The translations under genes were made by a program, and so were the position numbers. This document shows positions 58,292-64,000 of a stretch of DNA of 64,000 nt, piece by piece. Every line of letters begins with the position of its first letter. Within the stretch, counting starts at the first letter, position 1. Source of the stretch: Giardia intestinalis (lineage: Eukaryota); assembly GCA_000002435.2 (NCBI GenBank), contig CM018791.1. One strand, written 5' to 3'. The notes beneath the pieces are model-generated. The model was not told the origin of the DNA and did no database searches. It saw only the letters and a program-made list of their open reading frames with translations.

Positions 58292-59854
58292 CTAAGAAGA
58301 AGAGGTGCTGGATATATCGATCGCGTCCTCGCCAAGGTCCTCCTCAAAGTCGACCTCGTTCATGTTCACTGAGTGAAAGCTATAGTCATTTGGTGTGGAA
58401 GACGCCCGCGTAACTATCAGAGCTTCTAATTGTGCGGCCCAGTCCTGGGCTGCGGTGTCACTCTTGGCATCGTACCACTCCTTACACTTTTCTCTAGTGT
58501 GCATTGAAGTAAAGTCGACCTCGACAAGAAAGCTGAGGATGCTCCCGCTGTGGTTGCGGAGGAGGTAGAAGTAAGCCAGTTCGAAGGATGATCTAATGTA
58601 CTTGTATCTAGTCACCCCGCCCGCGCAGTCGCTGGTTGGATCATGAGAGTTCAATATGCTTAGAAAGGGGGCGGACCCCCCTTTAATGCTCTGGTGATAG
58701 TAGCCGGACGTCCTCCGAGATGAAACAAAGGACTCGTTCCCCCGAGGATTGGTGTATATGGTCAAGTCTTCTGCGTTGTAAATAGTCCCAAACAGCTCGA
58801 AAAACTCTATGAGAGACGCGGCGTGGAACCTATTGGTCAGAAGTTCGAACTCCATGGATGTCTGGCCTTGATCCTTCTTCCTTACATGCGTCCGCTTCTC
58901 TCTAATTAGCAAGTTTGAGTTGGATTCGTCCATGCTACTTATGGCGGGCTGATCGGGGTCTACTTCACCTGACTCCAGTAGAGCGAGGTTTTCGCCGGTT
59001 ATGGAATATGGGAACACGTTGTGTCTCTCTGAGATATACACGACTATAAGCTGCAAGAGAATATAGGAGCTCATTCCACCAGTATAGGGTTGATTTAAGC
59101 CTCGCTTCTTAAGGAATGACTTGACCACCATGATAAGGATGCGCGCCAAGGGGTGCTTTTCTATATATCCTAGTATAGTTTCCCTATGGGCCGCGCCATG
59201 AGGGGAGTTAAACGATATGTCATACTCCAAAGACAGCTCACTGTGGACACCCTTAATTATAGGCACCCGTGCATGACTTCTCACATCAACATAGTTGGTT
59301 GAGATGGAGCGCCGCAAGAGAGTTGCGATGTCATGCATATGGCACTGCATCATAGCAGCACTATTCACAGGCACGTTAACACAGATGTCCAAGTCGGAAG
59401 AATAGCTGGACATACCCGTCGAGTAACTTCCGAACACATCGACGGTGGCATCTGGAAGTACAAGCTGAATTATATCTCTCAGCTGGCCAAGGACATACTC
59501 CCTTGCAGCCTTTTCTGCCTCTGTCAGTGTGCAGTATGCAACGTACTGGAGAATCTCCAGGTTGAGCCTGGTCAAGTAGGGAAGATTGGCCAGCTTCAGC
59601 AACTGCTCTTGAGGAAGCCATGGAACATCAACCCCATCAACCCCGTCCTTGAGCTTAGCGACAGACGGGGCGGTCTTCTTTTGCCCCCGTGGGAGGGACC
59701 GCAAGTTTATCTGTTGTATGTGCTGTTTCTTAAGCCCTGGCTCTGCATGCTCTGAAGCCTCGAATATGATATCCTCAAACTCTATGTTTGCCGCGGCACG
59801 CTCTTCCGGGGCCTTTCCGCGGGCTTCACTGATGACTTTAAGCAGATCATTCAT
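58292..59854 (-). CDS. Non-canonical poly(A) polymerase / terminal nucleotidyltransferase (Cid1/Trf4/GLD2 family).
   Basis: Pol-beta NTase signature VFGSYSTGMSSYSSDLDICV. PAP-associated domain LGYIEKHPLARILIMVVKSFLKKRGLNQPYTGGMSSYILLQLIVVYI. ATG at 59854. Confidence 0.7.
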   Translation of the reverse strand: MNDLLKVISEARGKAPEERAAANIEFEDIIFEASEHAEPGLKKQHIQQINLRSLPRGQKKTAPSVAKLKDGVDGVDVPWLPQEQLLKLANLPYLTRLNLEILQYVAYCTLTEAEKAAREYVLGQLRDIIQLVLPDATVDVFGSYSTGMSSYSSDLDICVNVPVNSAAMMQCHMHDIATLLRRSISTNYVDVRSHARVPIIKGVHSELSLEYDISFNSPHGAAHRETILGYIEKHPLARILIMVVKSFLKKRGLNQPYTGGMSSYILLQLIVVYISERHNVFPYSITGENLALLESGEVDPDQPAISSMDESNSNLLIREKRTHVRKKDQGQTSMEFELLTNRFHAASLIEFFELFGTIYNAEDLTIYTNPRGNESFVSSRRTSGYYHQSIKGGSAPFLSILNSHDPTSDCAGGVTRYKYIRSSFELAYFYLLRNHSGSILSFLVEVDFTSMHTREKCKEWYDAKSDTAAQDWAAQLEALIVTRASSTPNDYSFHSVNMNEVDFEEDLGEDAIDISSTSSS

Positions 59855-59974
59855 CCGGGATTTCGCCTTGCCAGACGTGCAAATAAATCACTTGGAATTT
59901 AATATATTTTGTCCATTTTGCAGTTACCTATACGCAAAATAGTACACTAAACGCTTTTAAAAGGCTGTAGGCGC

Positions 59975-61927
59975 ATGGGCGGAGAAACCTTCGAAGATCA
60001 GTTTGAACCCATAGAGTTATTGGGCAGTGGTTCTTTTGGGAAGGTGCACAAGGTCCGCTCGCGCAAGGATGGACGTATCTACGCCTGCAAGGAGATAGAG
60101 TACACCAAGATGAGCTCCAAGGAGGTATCCCTTCTCCAGTCCGAGGTTATTAATCTTCGACGCATGAGCCACCCACACATTATCGCCTATTACTCCACGA
60201 TTCACGATCAGGATGCGTCCGTGGTCTTCATCATCAATGAGTACTGTGGGAAAGGCGATCTGACAAAATACATTCGGACTTATCGCCAGAAGAAGGAGAA
60301 CATTCCTGAGGCCACTATATGGAGTATGTTCCATCAGATGGCCCTTGCCTTGGAGTATTGCCACTCTCCGAACAAACCTGGTTTCAAGCCAGGGGAGATT
60401 GTCATTCACAGGGACATCAAGCCTGCAAACGTCCTCATCACAGATGACGACCAGCTGAAGCTGGCAGACTTTGGTTTTTGCCGCACGATTGGGCTTGACA
60501 CCATGGCACAGACCAAGGCAGGTTCTCCTGTTTACTGTGCGCCGGAGGTACTGCGCGAGGAGGACTACAACGAGAAGGCAGACATATGGTCTCTCGGCTG
60601 TGTCATCTATGAGCTCTGCTGCGTCGAATACGCGTACAGCAGCATCAATGAGAAGTTTCTATTGATATCTATGATGCAGCAGAAGCGAAAACCCATTCCT
60701 TCTTGCTACAGCCGTGACTTGGCGGAGGTGATTGAGCGGATGCTGCAGGTTGATTTCAAGAAGCGTCCGAGTGCCACAGAGCTCCTAGCCCATCCCAAAT
60801 TCAAAGAGTATAACCTTACCCGAGCCAGTAACAAGAGTCCTGCCCTTGCTGCTGCTCGCATCTCTGGGCCTTCTAGCAAGCCCCCGGCCTCTGGCAACAC
60901 TCCTTCCCAGACACCTCAACCGGGTACTGCTGCTGCCAAGAATGCTGCGTCCCTCGGTCGTGTTTCTGGCTCACCGGAGCGGGCACTCCCAGCGTCAACA
61001 GGACAGTATGGCTCCAATCTAGTTGCACCGCCCTCGCGCGGAGCTATCGCTACCACACCTACCGTTCCTACCAATGCCAGCAAGGGCGCCCCTAAGGATT
61101 CTGGACAGCTTCATGACGTGATTGTGAGACAGAAGAAGGAGATTGATGAGCTAAAAGCGAGAGTGTCGTCAGGGTCGACGTCCCATGGTATTTCCGAGAA
61201 CGCCAGGAACACAATAGTCAAGGCAAGTGATGAGATTAAGAAGAAGGACGACGAGATTATTCGCTTGTCCGACACTGTCTTTAATAAGGAGGAGGAGAAT
61301 GCCGCTCTGCGCCGCGAAATAGCTGCCTACGAGAAGTTCACAACTACCGTTCTGATGCCCAGACCGGGCGAGAACCCACTCGCCGATGGTGTGACAAGGC
61401 TTATGCTTGCTGCGCAGAAGGGCCTTACTGCGGTTGTACAGCACCTTCTTTCTCAGGAAATTGGGCTTCGAAGTGCCTCTGGGAAGACTGCCCTCATGTA
61501 TGCTGCTGAGAATGGACAGAACGCGTGTGTCCGTCTGCTAATGGACAAAGAAGGAGGGATGCAAGACAACAAGGGGACCACTGCCCTTATGCGTGCAAGC
61601 ATTGGCGGACGCTTTGAGACGTGCAAGATTCTCTTCGCTAGGGAGTCCGGCATGCAGTCTCAGGAAGGCGATACGGCGCTGACCTACGCCACGATACGTG
61701 GGAACACAGAGATTATACGACTGCTTGCTCCGCGCGAGGCAGGCCTCCAGTTGAAGGACGGAAAGACAGCCCTTATGAGTGCAGCGTCTCGTGGCTTCCT
61801 GGAGGCGGTCAAGATACTCTACGATCGGGAAGGGAAACTCGTTGATAAGAATGGGCGCGACGCTCTCTACTACGCCCAGCAGAAAAATCTAGGAGATATA
61901 ATCGCCTTCTTGCAGTCTAAGAGGTAG
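59975..61927 (+). CDS. Active Nek-family Ser/Thr kinase with C-terminal ankyrin repeats.
   Basis: GSGSFGKVHKV, YACKEI, HRDIKPANVLI, LADFGFCR and GSPVYCAPEV are all intact. The C-terminus has four or more ankyrin units (TALMYAAENGQNACVRLLMDKEGGMQDNKGTTALM...). ATG at 59975. Confidence 0.8.
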   Translation: MGGETFEDQFEPIELLGSGSFGKVHKVRSRKDGRIYACKEIEYTKMSSKEVSLLQSEVINLRRMSHPHIIAYYSTIHDQDASVVFIINEYCGKGDLTKYIRTYRQKKENIPEATIWSMFHQMALALEYCHSPNKPGFKPGEIVIHRDIKPANVLITDDDQLKLADFGFCRTIGLDTMAQTKAGSPVYCAPEVLREEDYNEKADIWSLGCVIYELCCVEYAYSSINEKFLLISMMQQKRKPIPSCYSRDLAEVIERMLQVDFKKRPSATELLAHPKFKEYNLTRASNKSPALAAARISGPSSKPPASGNTPSQTPQPGTAAAKNAASLGRVSGSPERALPASTGQYGSNLVAPPSRGAIATTPTVPTNASKGAPKDSGQLHDVIVRQKKEIDELKARVSSGSTSHGISENARNTIVKASDEIKKKDDEIIRLSDTVFNKEEENAALRREIAAYEKFTTTVLMPRPGENPLADGVTRLMLAAQKGLTAVVQHLLSQEIGLRSASGKTALMYAAENGQNACVRLLMDKEGGMQDNKGTTALMRASIGGRFETCKILFARESGMQSQEGDTALTYATIRGNTEIIRLLAPREAGLQLKDGKTALMSAASRGFLEAVKILYDREGKLVDKNGRDALYYAQQKNLGDIIAFLQSKR

Positions 61928-62147
61928 CTGGAGAGATGGTCTGAGTAAATACTTGACTTCATTTGGGGTCTTTGCGTATAGTTTGGACTCGATTTTAGCC
62001 GGTCTTAGACATAGAGTTTGTCCAGACTCACGGGGCATCATTTCCGGTGTCCCAATGAGCAAAATGGGTCCATTAGAGGACCGTCTGTTACACGCCGTTG
62101 AAACCGAAATTCTCTCGGCTTTCAAAAAATTATAGACTAAAGGTAAC

Positions 62148-62648
62148 ATGAGTCTAATAGAGGTTATGCGAAAGAAGCGGATGTCAGAAGCAGTGGCCAA
62201 GTACTTGACCACACTTGTTAAGGATAAGAGGATTCAAGACAAACTCGCGAAGTTTTTTGTCGTCATCTTTAGACGTCTCAAGGTTGATCCGCACGTCGTA
62301 GCCTATGCTCTGTGCCTCCTGGCACGAATACAATACAACAAGACCAATTCCCTCTCGTCACAGAATGTAAAGCGGTACTTTTTCACCGCAATGCTTCTCG
62401 CTTATAATATGCTAACAGATACTCCATATGACCTCCCGTCGTGGAGCATAATCGTCGAGGAATCGTATTCTGTAGATGAAATACAGCTTATGGAGACAAC
62501 CTATCTGGACATAATACAATGGAATACGCACGTTTACAATGTCGATGTTTCGAGAATGCTTTACACGTTGATTGGCCTCTACAATCAAGACATACAATTG
62601 GGTGATCAGGTTCCCGTTCCAGCTGAGGTCACGCAGGCTTTGCAATAG
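62148..62648 (+). CDS. Small cyclin-fold protein, PHO80-like (PCL) type.
   Basis: VAYALCLLARIQ...RYFFTAMLLAYNMLTDTPYDLPSWSII...SVDEIQLMETTYLDIIQWNTHV matches the PHO80-like cyclin box pattern (LASKF.DD.Y.N..W..V.G.S..EL..LE..FL..L.W.L.V). ATG at 62148. Confidence 0.55.
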   Translation: MSLIEVMRKKRMSEAVAKYLTTLVKDKRIQDKLAKFFVVIFRRLKVDPHVVAYALCLLARIQYNKTNSLSSQNVKRYFFTAMLLAYNMLTDTPYDLPSWSIIVEESYSVDEIQLMETTYLDIIQWNTHVYNVDVSRMLYTLIGLYNQDIQLGDQVPVPAEVTQALQ

Positions 62649-62843
62649 TACAGGACACACCAGCGAAGGATGCTTAGCCTAGAACTGAAGAGTTACATAG
62701 CTTACCGGATGATCACGTGAACGTCCTCTGGAGCATGCGTCTCCACAAGGAGTGAGAAGAGTAAACATCTCTGCTGAGTGCCACTGGCCGGCCTCGAGGG
62801 TGCTATGGCATGGAGTGGGGGATAGGCAAGAAAGACAGACCCC

Positions 62844-64000
62844 TCATGTGTACAGGTCTCCAACCTCCTGGATCTTCTTGTACAGAACTTTATCGCGGGC
62901 CTTTCTGAAGTCACTCATGCACACGCGGATGCGTCGGTCTCGAAGTGCAAGAAGTCCTGCTTCCAAAGTGATAGCCTTGATGTCTGCACCAGAAAGGTCG
63001 TCTTTACAATTAAGGATCTCATCTTCAACGATGTCCTTATCCAGCATCATCCTGCGTGTGTGTATTTTAAAGATCTGCCTGCGTGCAGTGAGGTCTGGGA
63101 GCCCGACATAAATCTTACGATCGATACGGCCCGCGCGTATAAGCGCCGAGTCCAGGCTCTCAATAAGATTGGTGGCCATGATGACCTTGACACCTTCCGT
63201 TCTGTCAAACCCATCGAGCTGATTCAAAAGCTCAAGCATTGTACGCTGTATCTCTCTAGCACCTCCTGAATCTGCATCATACCTCTTTCTTCCTACGGCA
63301 TCAACCTCGTCGATGAAGATGATGGTCGGTTGGTTGGCCTTTGCAGCCTTGAAAAGTTCTCGTACAAGGCGGGGGCCTTCTCCAGAGTACTTTTGGATAA
63401 GCTCTGACCCAGCCATTTTCATGTAGCACGCGCTCGTCTCATTAGCGCATGCCCGGGCAAGGAGAGACTTGCCCGTTCCGGACGGGCCGTGGAGAATGCA
63501 GCTGCGTGGGGGCTCAATCCCCAGGTCCACAAAATACTCAGGGTTCGTTAGGGGCAGCTGTATCGTCTCCTGTAGCTCCTTGATGGCCTCGTCCTGGCCT
63601 CCAATATCCGCGTAGGTGTCTTTCGGCCTTTCAATCACTTTCATCATCGTCACGTTAGGGTCTTCGTCGTGAGAAAGAACGCCAACTACAATATCTCTGT
63701 GTGCATCTTCCATTAAATGCACGAGGGCGTTAGGCTGCAAAAGCTCTCGGTCGACAAAAGAAAGTGCCTTTGTATAAATGCTCGAATATTCTGTCTTCTT
63801 TACAACCAGAAACTCTTCGTCAATGATTTCCTGAACAACAGCTATCGTTTGTGTCGTCCCCCGAAGCTTCGCTATTGTCTGCTCCTGCTCCTTGTTGACT
63901 TGCTTGTAAAAGGTCGACTGAGAAAAATTGGAAATGAAGTCGTTTTCAACGGCCAAGAGGGCATTGATACGCTGTTGCTTCAAGAGCTTAAGGTAGCATG
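62844..64000 (-). CDS. 26S proteasome regulatory AAA-ATPase subunit (Rpt family). The 5' end lies beyond the window.
   Basis: Walker A GPSGTGKSLLARACA, Walker B IIFIDEVDAVG, second region of homology, N-terminal coiled coil and OB region. The track start at 63983 is a TTG and the frame stays open to the window edge, so the N-terminus is truncated. Confidence 0.85.
   Translation of the reverse strand, partial: CYLKLLKQQRINALLAVENDFISNFSQSTFYKQVNKEQEQTIAKLRGTTQTIAVVQEIIDEEFLVVKKTEYSSIYTKALSFVDRELLQPNALVHLMEDAHRDIVVGVLSHDEDPNVTMMKVIERPKDTYADIGGQDEAIKELQETIQLPLTNPEYFVDLGIEPPRSCILHGPSGTGKSLLARACANETSACYMKMAGSELIQKYSGEGPRLVRELFKAAKANQPTIIFIDEVDAVGRKRYDADSGGAREIQRTMLELLNQLDGFDRTEGVKVIMATNLIESLDSALIRAGRIDRKIYVGLPDLTARRQIFKIHTRRMMLDKDIVEDEILNCKDDLSGADIKAITLEAGLLALRDRRIRVCMSDFRKARDKVLYKKIQEVGDLYT

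Noticed and set aside
1-64000. Looked for prokaryotic features: CRISPR arrays, operons with RBS, defence islands, tRNA/rRNA genes, transposase or integrase.
   Set aside because: The window is eukaryotic (Giardia). No CRISPR-like spacer-repeat arrays, no tRNA cloverleaf candidates recognised and no transposase or reverse-transcriptase motifs seen. The only repeats are intragenic tandem arrays and the 11-bp polyadenylation-signal array.

Overview
This window looks like Giardia intestinalis (lamblia) nuclear DNA. It is a eukaryotic, intron-poor, very gene-dense stretch with about 49% GC. The organism call rests on one gene (16582..18489, minus strand): a cysteine-rich CXXC/GGCY surface protein ending in a transmembrane helix plus the invariant CRGKA tail. 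Its stop codon is followed by the conserved motif ACTTAGGTAGTAAAC, which carries the Giardia polyadenylation signal AGTRAAY. These are the hallmarks of a Giardia variant-specific surface protein (VSP). Short AT-rich initiator regions sit directly upstream of most ATGs, and intergenic spacers are tiny, down to 0-5 bp.

About 38 protein-coding genes are supported. They include:
- HMG-CoA synthase
- a CenH3-like histone H3 variant
- a CAF1/POP2 deadenylase
- an active myotubularin phosphatase
- a PP-loop ATPase
- a RING E3 ligase
- an ADAT3-like deaminase
- a fused uridine-kinase-family protein
- a DM10 plus double-NDK (NME7-like) protein
- an amino-acid transporter
- an ankyrin '21.1'-type protein
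- a deoxynucleoside kinase
- a branched-chain aminotransferase
- an LCAT-like lipase
- a Cid1/Trf4-type nucleotidyltransferase
- an active Nek kinase with ankyrin repeats
- a PHO80-like cyclin
- a proteasome Rpt ATPase, truncated at the window's 3' edge
- three to four catalytically degenerate Nek-like pseudokinases

The most notable structure is a four-member paralogous gene family: 1871-4540, 26227-27714, 31739-34621 and 34606-36525. Two members end in perfect tandem repeat arrays. A 1-bp indel inside the 66-bp repeat array of one member breaks a reading frame that would otherwise run on into a 1,224-aa Ser/Thr/Pro-rich ORF.

The ORF track allows TTG/GTG starts, so I re-derived starts to the first ATG where I could.
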